From IMG/VR virus record IMGVR_UViG_3300025009_000088, positions 4,714-68,713 of that record: a stretch of 64,000 nt of DNA; one strand, written 5' to 3'. The stretch is from a virus. Both the position numbers and the translations under genes were made by a program. The notes under the pieces are model-generated. The model was not told where the DNA came from. It saw only the letters and a program-made list of their open reading frames with translations, and did no database searches. Positions 37,813 through 47,952 of this stretch are shown here, in pieces; positions within the stretch are counted from its first letter, which is position 1, and every line of letters begins with the position of its first letter.

Positions 37813-38423
37813 TGATGAATAAGAAAATGGTGATTTTCGATATTGATGGTGTCCTTGCGAATTTCGAAGGAACGCTTGTTGAATATCTGCGAGAGAAATA
37901 TGGAAAGGACGCTTCTGCAAACAGGAGCATGTATTCCATTGAAGGAAGGTTTGCGAAGCGCAAGGATATTCTTGCTGACGCGCTGGCTTTTACAGCAGAC
38001 CCAAATTCCTACTACGGATTAGAGCCTATCGAAAAAGGAATTGACCTAGTTGTTCAGCTTATGGCTCGTGATTATCCCGTGCTGTTCCTGTCTGGTCGTC
38101 CGCAGGTCGCGCAGGAAATGACAATTCGCTGGCTTCGAAAGAATATCAAGGACTACGACCTTGCGCTTGGCGCGGCGTGTCTTGGCTCCCTCAAGATGAA
38201 ACGGATTTTATCGCCCGAGGTGAAAGACCTGATAGAATTTGTGGTGGACGACAATCCAGAGATAGTTGCCGAGTTGAACAAAAACGGTATTCTGGCGTAT
38301 GCGTGGTCGCAACCCTGGAACGCCGGAACTTACCCAATTATCATACCAGACGACAACCATTGCGCCGATATTTTTAAGAATAAATTCTGCGAAGCCGTTC
38401 CATTCTTCGATCAGTGGAGTTGA
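37812..38423 (+). CDS. HAD-superfamily phosphatase / nucleotidase
   Basis: 'FDIDGVLANF', 'LSGRP', 'VDDNP', 'QPWN'. Confidence 0.85.
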   Translation: MMNKKMVIFDIDGVLANFEGTLVEYLREKYGKDASANRSMYSIEGRFAKRKDILADALAFTADPNSYYGLEPIEKGIDLVVQLMARDYPVLFLSGRPQVAQEMTIRWLRKNIKDYDLALGAACLGSLKMKRILSPEVKDLIEFVVDDNPEIVAELNKNGILAYAWSQPWNAGTYPIIIPDDNHCADIFKNKFCEAVPFFDQWS

Positions 38424-38754
38424 GATGACAACAATGAGCCATAAACAGCAAGAAGCGCAAAGCACCATCGCCTGCGTGGGAGTGCTTTTTACGTTCTTCG
38501 CGTTGCTATTTTGTGTGGCGTTTTCAGAGACGGTTTTTTGGATTACCCTAGGAGTTGGAGCCCTGATAGAGACGCCCCTCATTATTAATTATAATCAGAT
38601 AGCGAGCGCGGTAGACATAAATCGCGTGGTCGAAATTAATGACGACGAGTATTGTCAAGAAATGCCCGTCTGTCATTACTGCGGCAACAAATTCATAGAA
38701 GATCGGCGCGGGCGATGCGCGTCTTGTGGAGGTAAATATGAGAATAGTATCTGA
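38424..38754 (+). CDS. Membrane protein with C-terminal zinc ribbon
   Basis: Two TM segments; CHYC...CASC. Confidence 0.5.
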
Positions 38755-38971
38755 TGACGAGGTTATAAAGAAGGAACTTATCGTGCAGGGGAACGGATTC
38801 GAAGAATTGCGAGTGGCTGTGTTCAGCGACTTTCGCACGGAGCGAATGATGGGCGACTTCGACATGAGCGACGTGGCTCCAATATTTCTTCTAATCTATC
38901 AAGTGAAAAAACAGATAGATAGCCAAACCTATATCTATAAATTCGTTGGCGCAAGAGTATACGGAAAGTGA
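38738..38971 (+). CDS. Hypothetical protein
   Basis: GGAGG RBS. Confidence 0.5.
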   Translation: MRIVSDDEVIKKELIVQGNGFEELRVAVFSDFRTERMMGDFDMSDVAPIFLLIYQVKKQIDSQTYIYKFVGARVYGK

Positions 38972-38978
38972 GACAAAG

Positions 38979-39527
38979 ATGAGACTTACTAACGCTCTTC
39001 GAAAAGTTGCTTTGCTTACCGGATTTACCCTGCTCCTGGTTTCGATGTTCTGGAGCCAGGACGGGTTCAACTTTTCCATTGCAGGAGAGTCTGGATACGG
39101 AATGCTGGCCGTTTTCGTAGCATGGTTGCTGGCGTTCTCCGTGTCCGTTGTGCAATTCGTTTTCTCGACTTCCTACAAAGAACTAAATCCAAGCCTAATC
39201 GTGTTTGGCATTATCGCCTATGCCTACTCGATTTACACAAACTACGAAGGTATCCTGCATTTTCAGGGCGACCAGCAGAGCAAGGTTGCGGCTCTTATCT
39301 TGGGCTTGGTGATTGACGGTATTCCTGAGCCACTGGTTGCTTGGGGAATGAGAGAGTCTCTAGTTGGAGATTTTGTTGGGAACATCATAAAGTCCATTGT
39401 TGGCGAGGAACAGCCAAAGCAGAAATACCAAGAGAGTCGTCCGGCTACTGGTTACAAAACACCCGAACAATTCAGATCGCAAGGAACTTTGGACGCCATA
39501 CTACAAAGGAACAAGAACAGGAAATAA
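38979..39527 (+). CDS. Multi-pass membrane protein
   Basis: Four hydrophobic helices. Confidence 0.65.
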   Translation: MRLTNALRKVALLTGFTLLLVSMFWSQDGFNFSIAGESGYGMLAVFVAWLLAFSVSVVQFVFSTSYKELNPSLIVFGIIAYAYSIYTNYEGILHFQGDQQSKVAALILGLVIDGIPEPLVAWGMRESLVGDFVGNIIKSIVGEEQPKQKYQESRPATGYKTPEQFRSQGTLDAILQRNKNRK

Positions 39528-39528
39528 A

Positions 39529-39699
39529 ATGAAATATTACTATCGTTGCCTAGATTGCAAAAAGAAATTTCATTGGTACGTTATTGGAAATCCGAATAAT
39601 GTGCATTGCTCAAAGTGTGGTTCAAAGAATACAGTCAAGTTGATAAGCAAACCTCACCTCATCTTCAAAGGAACGGGGTGGGGAAAGGACAAGAAATGA
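39529..39699 (+). CDS. FmdB-like zinc ribbon protein
   Basis: 'Y.YRC..C..F...C.KCGS....KLIS.....FKG.GW'. Confidence 0.75.
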   Translation: MKYYYRCLDCKKKFHWYVIGNPNNVHCSKCGSKNTVKLISKPHLIFKGTGWGKDKK

Positions 39700-39905
39700 A
39701 TAAACAGCCCGCAAGAATTGAATTCCTTGAATCTACATTCGGAAACGACGTTGGGGATATTGTCAAAGTGGTTCAGGAGGACGAAAAAGAAATTGATTAC
39801 TATGACGGATACCGTCGCTGGTGCTATGTGTTGAAAAGCGAAGAAGGAACTACATATCGCTATATTCCGGCAGGAACAAGAGTAAACCAAAAGGTCGAAA
39901 AATGA
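39696..39905 (+). CDS. Hypothetical protein
   Basis: ATGA-coupled ORF. Confidence 0.5.
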   Translation: MNKQPARIEFLESTFGNDVGDIVKVVQEDEKEIDYYDGYRRWCYVLKSEEGTTYRYIPAGTRVNQKVEK

Positions 39906-40134
39906 ACAAACAGCCGAAATGTAAAATGTGCGATGACACAGGATGGTATTTTGTACGCGGAGCGGGAAATCTGCCTCAACCGGAACGCTGTCATTGCATG
40001 AGAAAAACAGACATATTCTTTGTCGTTGGAGTAGCGGTTATCGCCATCCTGTGCGTAATTTTCTCGGTTATTGCGTGTTTCTAGGGTGCTTATTTCACAA
40101 ACAAAATCAGTATGGACGCAAAAAGGAGAATAAA

Positions 40135-40350
40135 ATGGACGTATTAGTTTCAGAAATTACGGACGAGAATAGAGACAAATTATTAAAACTAGCCATGTCA
40201 ATGTATTTGGGCGAGAAGTGTAAGTATTGTTGGAAAGAATACAAAACGCTCGATGATCTAAAGACGACTGTTTTTGCCGGATACCATGAAAACGGAAGAT
40301 TGGCTTGCGAAAAGTGTTGGCGGGAGAATAATGTTCCCGAGGAGAAATAA
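40135..40350 (+). CDS. Small Cys-motif protein
   Basis: AAGGAG RBS; CKYC...CEKC. Confidence 0.5.
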   Translation: MDVLVSEITDENRDKLLKLAMSMYLGEKCKYCWKEYKTLDDLKTTVFAGYHENGRLACEKCWRENNVPEEK

Positions 40351-40504
40351 TGAAAAAGAACAAAACCCTCATCAAGGAACTGCGAAAAGAACTCCACTAC
40401 CACCAGCAAATGCTACGAGTAGACATAACATGCCTCAAACTAGGAATAGCGAAGGCAAAAGAGAGCGCCAAGGAAATGAGAAGGCTACAGAAGGAAGATA
40501 ATTC

Positions 40505-40861
40505 ATGAAACCGGACAAGGTAAACATTCTAGGCGTTGAATATTCCATAACCTACGTTGACAATCCGTCTGAGGTGGATATTTACAAAAGAGATTCTCTG
40601 TGGGGGCAAATAGATTACTGGACACGCACGATCAGGATTTATGATAATGACCGCCGCCTTGAGGATATTTTTCATTCGCTTCTTCACGAAGTTCTACACG
40701 GAATATCGTCAGCCCTGAAACTAAAGCTGAGAGACGAAAATATGCACGATGAATTAGATATTCTGTCGCTTGCTCTTACAGATGTAATATTTAGGAATGG
40801 GTGGATTATGCAGAAAGATGGCAATCTTTACGGCGAGCAGAAAAGGGAAGATATACGATAA
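40505..40861 (+). CDS. HExxH zinc metallopeptidase-like protein
   Basis: 'LWGQID.....I.I', 'LLHEVLHGI'. Confidence 0.7.
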   Translation: MKPDKVNILGVEYSITYVDNPSEVDIYKRDSLWGQIDYWTRTIRIYDNDRRLEDIFHSLLHEVLHGISSALKLKLRDENMHDELDILSLALTDVIFRNGWIMQKDGNLYGEQKREDIR

Positions 40862-41165
40862 ACCATATACTCTAAGGTTGGGGGGAATTTACTGACGATA
40901 TAAATTTTGACTGGTGCTATGCTCCTCCCCCTACCATCTCTTCCTTAATTTTCCCTTAGAATTTGCTGAGTCCGGGATTAGAATAAACTTACAACTTTGC
41001 AAGGATTTTCTTATTATAAATTAAGATATATGGGTATGCCGGTCAATCTGTCAATAGAATTATGAGAGAATGACCTTACAATATTGCAAACTGTTATTAA
41101 TCTATTATCGCAGTATGATAGTAGAATAATGACATTGACTAACCCCACATCATAAGGATAATACA

Positions 41166-41405
41166 ATGGCAAACAAAGCATACTTCATTCAGGAAACAGT
41201 CAGAGACGAGAACGGGGAATATATCCCCTGTATTGCTGTAGACGGTGAATCCGGCTACTATCTCACAGACTGGCATTGGAGTACTGATAGGGCATTGGCT
41301 GAGCAATGCTGTGACGAGAAAAACGAAGCAATGGGCATTACCACTCACGATGCTATGCTCATTGTACTTCGATCCATGTTTAGCGGCGTGCGCAATGAAC
41401 AATAA
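41166..41405 (+). CDS. Hypothetical early protein
   Basis: AAGGA RBS; first ORF after AT-rich gap. Confidence 0.6.
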   Translation: MANKAYFIQETVRDENGEYIPCIAVDGESGYYLTDWHWSTDRALAEQCCDEKNEAMGITTHDAMLIVLRSMFSGVRNEQ

Positions 41406-41590
41406 TAATTTACACATCCTGTCTGCCGCCTGCGTTGTTGCTGTACTCTGCATGGTGGTGTATGCGGCCTATTTGATTTTATCTCCAATTGTTGGGATGC
41501 TTGTTAGACTATTGGAGGCATTATAAGATATTGTCCATATACTGCACAAGTTTACAACAAACAACCATATACTATAAAGCGGAGAAAAAA

Positions 41591-42100
41591 ATGTACACAT
41601 TAACCAAAGACGATATTAAAGCGCTTCGAAAGGCTGACACCCTTTGCCCGGATTATTATCAGGGTAAGAGCGCGCTTCGCATCCTAAGAGATCACAAGAG
41701 CACAAAAGACGGTGGGCGGGTAGAATACCCAGAGGTCGCGCTTGACGTCTCTTCCAATTTTACGGTTTACAAGACGGCTGACGCCCCAGACGGTTATGGC
41801 GGCAATGAGTATGATGCTAAACCGTCGCGATGTTTCGCTCACGTCTCCGCTCATTACGAGGTAGGGCAATACATTGTTGACACCCTTCGCGAGGGTGACC
41901 AAATCGGCTTGGAGTGGAGTGCTAACGTCTCAAACGGTTACATGTGGAATATTCGCTGTGCTCACCCCCAGTATGAGGGTCAGCGAATATACCATGATAC
42001 TTGTGTCCTCCGCATCCGCCGCGGCAATAAGGATTATACTGTCAAGCTTGCGGATTCTCACTGCCCGGATAATAGCGCGAGGATGATGCGCTTCTCATGA
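41591..42100 (+). CDS. Hypothetical early protein
   Basis: GGAG RBS before MYTLT. Confidence 0.6.
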   Translation: MYTLTKDDIKALRKADTLCPDYYQGKSALRILRDHKSTKDGGRVEYPEVALDVSSNFTVYKTADAPDGYGGNEYDAKPSRCFAHVSAHYEVGQYIVDTLREGDQIGLEWSANVSNGYMWNIRCAHPQYEGQRIYHDTCVLRIRRGNKDYTVKLADSHCPDNSARMMRFS

Positions 42101-42194
42101 GCTCTTGTGACATGCTACAGGCCATTATAAGCGGTATAGTGGCCTGAATGGATGCCACGAGGCACCACAAACCAGACAAGAGAGAGAGGATAAC

Positions 42195-42473
42195 ATGGAT
42201 GCTGAAACAACATTTACGGTAAAAGGTAATGGGGATGCGGAATTATCTATTGAAACTCGCGACAAGCTTTATACGTGGATTATAAAGCCAGACGAAACAT
42301 TAATTCCAATGGTGAACTGCCGCCCTGTTTTAACAATGCCGGAAACCCCAAAAACTAGAGTACTTAACGCAGTACTAAAGGCAACGAAACTATACATTTT
42401 TTGGATGCTTCGGACGGATAACGAAACAACGTCAAGAACGCTATATTGGAGGATAAAGGATCACTTAATATAA
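42195..42473 (+). CDS. Hypothetical early protein
   Basis: GAGGA RBS. Confidence 0.55.
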   Translation: MDAETTFTVKGNGDAELSIETRDKLYTWIIKPDETLIPMVNCRPVLTMPETPKTRVLNAVLKATKLYIFWMLRTDNETTSRTLYWRIKDHLI

Positions 42474-42534
42474 CAATTGTAAATTATCGCATATAACAGG
42501 ATCAACAGACTATAACAGACTAGAGGAGTCAACC

Positions 42535-42828
42535 ATGCTAGAGACAAACTGCACTATAACCCACGAAGGGAAAGTATATGAGGCCGGAGGCGCCTATATT
42601 TTACCATGCAATGACGGTAAATTGAGAGGCGTAGTATATGTCCGGGGTAATCTCAAGGAAGTAACAGACTGGCACGGTAATTTAATTGCCCGCCTTGATA
42701 CTTACCGGAATTATCGCGGTAACTTCTGCCGGATGGCAAGGATCACATTTGCTTATGAGGGGCGAAAAATGGTAGGCGAATATTGCCCGGACTGGGCGCA
42801 AGCTTGCAAGGTCAGAAGCACAAAGTAA
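42535..42828 (+). CDS. Hypothetical early protein
   Basis: GAGGAGTC RBS. Confidence 0.6.
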   Translation: MLETNCTITHEGKVYEAGGAYILPCNDGKLRGVVYVRGNLKEVTDWHGNLIARLDTYRNYRGNFCRMARITFAYEGRKMVGEYCPDWAQACKVRSTK

Positions 42829-42867
42829 CAGACAAACAGAACCATCATTCTATAACAGGAGATAAAA

Positions 42868-43394
42868 TGTATACCCCAAAGAATCTGAAAAAATGGGCTT
42901 TACCCCGCGATTACATGGGCGCCGATTGGCCTGAAATGTATGTATTCTTAGGACGGACAAGAGACTCGGATAATCTGGACAATTCCAACTTTGAAACGGC
43001 ATTAACAGAACTTGGGGGAGAGTCCGATACCGTCAAGGTTATCTGTGAGAATCATTGGGCGGTTGGTTGGGTTGAATGGATTGGAATTAACGAGTCGGAT
43101 GATACCGTCCTGCAATTGGCCGACGAAATGAAGGATAGGTTATCTGATTATCCTATCCTGAATGAGGATGATTACTCTCAGAGAGAATGGGAGTCTTATA
43201 ATGATAATGTCTCTCAGGCCGTCCGGGATTATTGCAATGATAAATCCCTAGAATTTACGGATGAGCAGAGAGGAGAGATTGCAGATCGTATAATCCAAGC
43301 ATCTAATGAATGCGGAGAGGATACCTGGCCTGATGAGGATGAGATTTACGCCGCCCTCCCTCCCGAAATTCAGGATGAGCTAACATCCCGCTAG
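42868..43394 (+). CDS. Acidic conserved-looking phage protein
   Basis: 'RDSD.L..SNF', 'HWAVGWVEWI', 'L.DYPILNE.DYS.RE'; strongly acidic. Confidence 0.65.
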
Positions 43395-43480
43395 TTTAAC
43401 CCGTGCTTTACTGCTTGCCAGTTGTGAAATACTGGCAGGCAGTGCGGATTAAACCTACCCCCGCATAACAGGAGTCTACA

Positions 43481-43699
43481 ATGGACATAAAAGAACGGAA
43501 CGAGCTATACAATAAAAACAGAACGGTATTAAAGCAAGCATACCCGCGCGTCCAGTATCATCCGTTTTTTGGCTATGACATCATAGCCCTGTCAGAGATA
43601 TATTATCCCGATCACATGACTAATGATAAAAGCCTGTTTGACATGATAGCAGATGACAAAGGCGAATCTATGGCGAATCTAGTACAATCCATCTTATAA
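43481..43699 (+). CDS. Hypothetical early protein
   Basis: AGGAGTC RBS. Confidence 0.55.
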   Translation: MDIKERNELYNKNRTVLKQAYPRVQYHPFFGYDIIALSEIYYPDHMTNDKSLFDMIADDKGESMANLVQSIL

Positions 43700-43787
43700 C
43701 ACCCATTAACAGGACAGGCGGCATTAATGCCCCTCTCATATTCCTACAGTACAATTAACACAGTGTAATTAACAAAAGGAGCTTAAC

Positions 43788-43988
43788 ATGGCACAAAGAG
43801 TATATAAAAATTGGCTGATTGAAACTTATGGCGGGCATTGTACTATCCGGCGCTTCTCCTGCACAAAGGACGGGCTGTACTTCTGGCGCTTCAAGTTATC
43901 AGAAGCCAAAGAGACTATAGACGCTCTGGAAAGCGGGCAGGAATTCGAAACGATCCCAGAACTGTACCGGAAGTCTTTATACAATTAA
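43788..43988 (+). CDS. Hypothetical early protein
   Basis: AAGGAG RBS. Confidence 0.55.
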   Translation: MAQRVYKNWLIETYGGHCTIRRFSCTKDGLYFWRFKLSEAKETIDALESGQEFETIPELYRKSLYN

Positions 43989-44033
43989 CACACGTTACAC
44001 CGTGTAAAATCATAACATGATAAAGGAGTCAAA

Positions 44034-44279
44034 ATGTATCAAATGCCAGTACGTGCAATCAAAAGTATTTTAGGCCAAGAGCTAGACAAGTTTAAGGATG
44101 TAGTGTCCAGAGCCGCAAACAGCGCGTGCCTTGCGGACGCAGGGCGGGAAATGGTTGTCATCGGATATGAGGCAATGAAAGCCGCTCTTGAAAAATGCAA
44201 CGATTACGAATCCCTTGAGGAATATATCTCATTTGCCGGATACAGAATGAGCCTTGAGGAATGGGTTAACTCCCTCTAA
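44034..44279 (+). CDS. Hypothetical early protein
   Basis: AAGGAGTC RBS. Confidence 0.55.
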   Translation: MYQMPVRAIKSILGQELDKFKDVVSRAANSACLADAGREMVVIGYEAMKAALEKCNDYESLEEYISFAGYRMSLEEWVNSL

Positions 44280-44370
44280 TCCCGCGCTTATCCCTGCCCT
44301 TTAACACACATTAGAGAGCAGGTATAGGCGGCATGGATGACCGCTTAACACACTAATAAAGGAGTCTATA

Positions 44371-44892
44371 ATGGATAAAAAAGAATTGACCGCCCTCTTG
44401 AACAAGCACGGAATCACAGTAGAATCCGCGTTCGTTCCCTGGAGTCTCTCCCGGAATGCCGGGGAGGATTCGCCCTCTCTTAATTGGGTTGTAACCCTGA
44501 AACAGAACGGGCGCAAGTTGCTTACAACCGATTATATGGCAGGCTGTGCGCATTGCCCCGCCTACGATCAGCGCGGCTATAACACGGTTAACGGGCGCGC
44601 CGATGTATTGAAAGAATGCGAGGGCGGAAAGATGGTTGACCCTCATCCATCCATCGGCTTAACACACCGAGCGATCACCCCCGACCCCCTGGACGTGATT
44701 AACTCCCTGCTCTTGGATTCGGACGTTCTGAACTATGACTCTTTCGAGGAATGGGCAGGTGATTTTGGCTATGATGAGGACTCCCGCAAGGGCGAGGCAA
44801 TTTACCGGGCTTGTTTGGCAATCTCCCTGCAATTCCGCAAGCTGGGAGAGTCGGTTATTGCTGAACTGCGTGAAGCATTTCAGGACTACTAA
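44371..44892 (+). CDS. Phage hypothetical protein
   Basis: 'SFEEWA.DFGYDEDSRK.E.IY..C' motif; strong RBS. Confidence 0.65.
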   Translation: MDKKELTALLNKHGITVESAFVPWSLSRNAGEDSPSLNWVVTLKQNGRKLLTTDYMAGCAHCPAYDQRGYNTVNGRADVLKECEGGKMVDPHPSIGLTHRAITPDPLDVINSLLLDSDVLNYDSFEEWAGDFGYDEDSRKGEAIYRACLAISLQFRKLGESVIAELREAFQDY

Positions 44893-44904
44893 AAGGAGTC
44901 TACA

Positions 44905-45363
44905 ATGAAAAACAACATTTCAAACAGTGACGATGTAATTGACTCCCGCGATATTGAGGAGAGGATCACAGAACTGGAATCGGCGCGGGATGACTGGCAG
45001 GAGGAAAATACCCTCCCGGACTATTCAAACACTGACAAGGACACGCCCGAGGGGTGGACCCCGGAACAATTCGAAAAGTGGGTAGAATGGGACGAGTCCG
45101 AGGAGGGCGAGGACTTGAACGCCCTCTATTCTCTCCGGGATGACCTGGAGGACTACTGCCCAGACTGGAGATACGGCACGACTCTAATCCGCGAGTCCTA
45201 TTGGGTGGAGTATTGTAAGGACATGGTAGAAGAACTGGGCGAACTCCCGAAGGGACTCCCGGACTTCATCGAAAGTAATATCAATTGGCAGGGAGTGGCC
45301 GAGGATTTGCAACAGGATTACACCTCTGGCGAATATGACGGAGTCACATACTGGGCGCGCTAA
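44905..45363 (+). CDS. Highly acidic anti-restriction (ArdA-like) DNA-mimic candidate
   Basis: Very Asp/Glu-rich; C-terminal 'ELP......NINWQGVAEDL..DY' resembles ArdA C-terminus. Confidence 0.55.
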   Translation: MKNNISNSDDVIDSRDIEERITELESARDDWQEENTLPDYSNTDKDTPEGWTPEQFEKWVEWDESEEGEDLNALYSLRDDLEDYCPDWRYGTTLIRESYWVEYCKDMVEELGELPKGLPDFIESNINWQGVAEDLQQDYTSGEYDGVTYWAR

Positions 45364-45748
45364 TTCCCGCCCTGCATTTGCCCGCGTCATCGGATGCGGG
45401 CAAGCAGGAGGGCAGGAGTTATCCCGCCCCACTATAACAAAAAGGAGTCTGTAATGTACCTCGCCTATTTTATAAACCTGAAAACTGGTAAGTTGTTGGA
45501 AATATACGAACCAGAACAAGCACCCACCGATCCCGTTTGGAAATCCATCTCTGCAATTGATTATGATTGTCTGTGCCTCTTAACACTGGCAACCTATAAA
45601 AAGGAGTTTGCTAAATGAAAAATGCCATCATCATAACAACCCTCTATTTACTCTCTGCGCTCTGGTTGCGCCTCGATCCCTGGAGTTGTATTGTCTCCAT
45701 CGGATTCACCGCCCTAATCGTTAACACATTCGCACGAAAGGAGTCAAA

Positions 45749-46177
45749 ATGAACACCCCTAACGCAGTATTAGCAGAAAATCTATTCGCGGCAGTAAAGG
45801 AAGTTAAGATTACAAAAAAATCATCCTTTCCAATCCTGAACCATGCCCGCATGACCGTAAGAGACAATGAAATCACCCTGACCACAACCGATCTTGAAAA
45901 TGTCCGTATAGGAAAGTGCCGCGCCCGCACCGAGGAGCCATTTGAGACTTGCGTCCCAATGTACTTACATACCCAATGCTTTATTCAGGGCAAAGGATAC
46001 AAGCCCATTACTACTCACCCATTTTTTGACTGGTGTAAGGTTATGAATCAATGCGGGTATAACATCCTTGCCCTGAACTTTGACCCCCGCACCCAAATCC
46101 TGACCATCACAACCAGCAACTCACGCACTGAGTTTAAGTGTCTTGACGCGCAAGAGTTCCCCGCCGCCACTGAATAA
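45749..46177 (+). CDS. Single-domain DNA polymerase III beta-clamp-like protein
   Basis: 'PILNH....V....ITLTTTDLE' and C-terminal 'LDAQEFP' match DnaN domain I. Confidence 0.6.
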   Translation: MNTPNAVLAENLFAAVKEVKITKKSSFPILNHARMTVRDNEITLTTTDLENVRIGKCRARTEEPFETCVPMYLHTQCFIQGKGYKPITTHPFFDWCKVMNQCGYNILALNFDPRTQILTITTSNSRTEFKCLDAQEFPAATE

Positions 46178-46222
46178 CACCCAACCGCCCCGCCCGAGGC
46201 TTATCGGGCAGAAAGGTATAAC

Positions 46223-46463
46223 AATGACTACTAAAATTTGGCACGCCGCTAAAACAGGCAGTTCGCAAGGGCTTGTAATTGCCGAAAATGGAGATAACAT
46301 CGCCGTAACCTATGACGCAGATGATGCCGCCATAATCGCCGCCGCCCCTGAACTACTGGACGCCCTGCAAAACCTGTATAATGCCTGTGAATTCTGGGAA
46401 GATAGAGCCGACCCAGTTTTGAAAAATGCCCGCGCCGCCATTCAGAAGGCAGAATCAGAATGA
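46223..46463 (+). CDS. Small phage protein ('IAAAPELL.AL' motif)
   Basis: Motif common in phage early proteins. Confidence 0.6.
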
Positions 46464-46644
46464 CCCGCCAGTTATCCGGTAAAACCGGAATACTCAAAAA
46501 TACACCGTGTAAAAGTGTCCGACAACTGGACGCGCTCACCGTCTGCGCTCTTGGTATTCTGTTCTTAGGACTGGCGATCCTGCTATCAAGATTCTAAGCG
46601 CACACTAACCTTAACATGATACAACTATAACAAAGGAGATAACA

Positions 46645-46986
46645 ATGAAACTACGAGTTGATGTATTCACAAGTTTAACAGCACAATGCCCGTCCCTGGT
46701 GGACGAGGAGACAGGTAAAACCGTTGCCAAGATCACATTTGGCGAGAGTTACGAGGACGCAGACCTGTTCGCCCACGAACTTTGTCGGAGGATTAACAGC
46801 GCGGAACTAATGGCGTGCGCTCTGCGCTTCCTGATGGAATCTTCCGCCGTCAAAGACCGCACAATGACACGCGGTTTTATTCAAGCCGCGCTTGACCTGT
46901 ACGACGGCATAGAATCAGACGACCCAGACGATTGCGACACCGCGCTAGACGCATGGATAACAGCGGTTGATTTGCCACAGGATTAA
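46645..46986 (+). CDS. Hypothetical protein
   Basis: AAGGAG RBS. Confidence 0.55.
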   Translation: MKLRVDVFTSLTAQCPSLVDEETGKTVAKITFGESYEDADLFAHELCRRINSAELMACALRFLMESSAVKDRTMTRGFIQAALDLYDGIESDDPDDCDTALDAWITAVDLPQD

Positions 46987-47021
46987 CACCGTGTAAAACA
47001 ATCCCCTGAAAGGAGGATAAA

Positions 47022-47666
47022 ATGCCTACGCCCCTGCCCACAGAAGATGCTAAATATCTTCTCAACCTGTTCCAGACCCCGAAGCTAATCGGACTTATAT
47101 CCGACGCGAATCAAGGCAAGTCTAACCTGTTGTATTGGGTGCTGAAAACCCTCGCAGAGAATTACAATTTCAAACTCTATTCGTATGGACTGCGCGCCCG
47201 CGTTCTTGGTGAGCAGAAAATCCACAGCGTAGAAGAGTTGGAGGTCATCCACGATTCAATCATCATCATTGACGAGTTCGCCAGCATGTTCGATGTGGAC
47301 GACCGCAAAGAGAAGAGGCAGATTGAAGCAACCCTGCGCCTTATCTTCCATAACAACAATGTAGTTCTGTTGAGCGGCTTGCCAGAGAACTACAAGAAAT
47401 TCATTTCATCGAAGTTGGATGCTCTGGTGTTGAAAAGGTGCGCCTTAAAGGACGCTATCAATGGAAGCCGAGTCAAGCAGATCATATATAACTACCGAGG
47501 CGCAGAACTTGGTGCGGCTGTACTGAATGTCAAACTGGAGGAAGCCCTAGTCTACGATGGCACACACTACCACAGGATTAACATTCCCTACCTGCCGGAG
47601 TATGACACCAAAGCCAACAACATAACAATCCTAGAACCAAAGCCGTCCAGTAAAGTGCGCAAATAG
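47022..47666 (+). CDS. P-loop NTPase
   Basis: Variant Walker A 'SDANQGKS', Walker B 'IIIIDEF'. Confidence 0.7.
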   Translation: MPTPLPTEDAKYLLNLFQTPKLIGLISDANQGKSNLLYWVLKTLAENYNFKLYSYGLRARVLGEQKIHSVEELEVIHDSIIIIDEFASMFDVDDRKEKRQIEATLRLIFHNNNVVLLSGLPENYKKFISSKLDALVLKRCALKDAINGSRVKQIIYNYRGAELGAAVLNVKLEEALVYDGTHYHRINIPYLPEYDTKANNITILEPKPSSKVRK

Positions 47667-47952
47667 CGTTCCAGAAAATGTGCATAAAAAGGAGAAAATA
47701 ACATGAATGAAAATGGACAAATTGAGCTATTGTATTTGTATCTCGCTATCCCTCCGATTGTAAATTTGTTCCACGCCGCGTTCGTTAGCGGCATAAAAAA
47801 CGGACTAGAAAGGCTTGCGATCTGGGTTATCTCAACTACTATTATGGAACTTTTGATTTTATCAATATATGGAATTGTCATAGCACTAAAAGGAAAATAA
47901 AACACTAACCAAAAATTAATCATAACAAGATAACTTAGGTTACAATCCAAGC

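Noticed and set aside
42101-45420. Bona fide integron with attC sites
   Set aside because: No tyrosine recombinase in the window; hairpins lack consistent RYYYAAC/GTTRRRY ends, and only the 43395-43453 one comes close.
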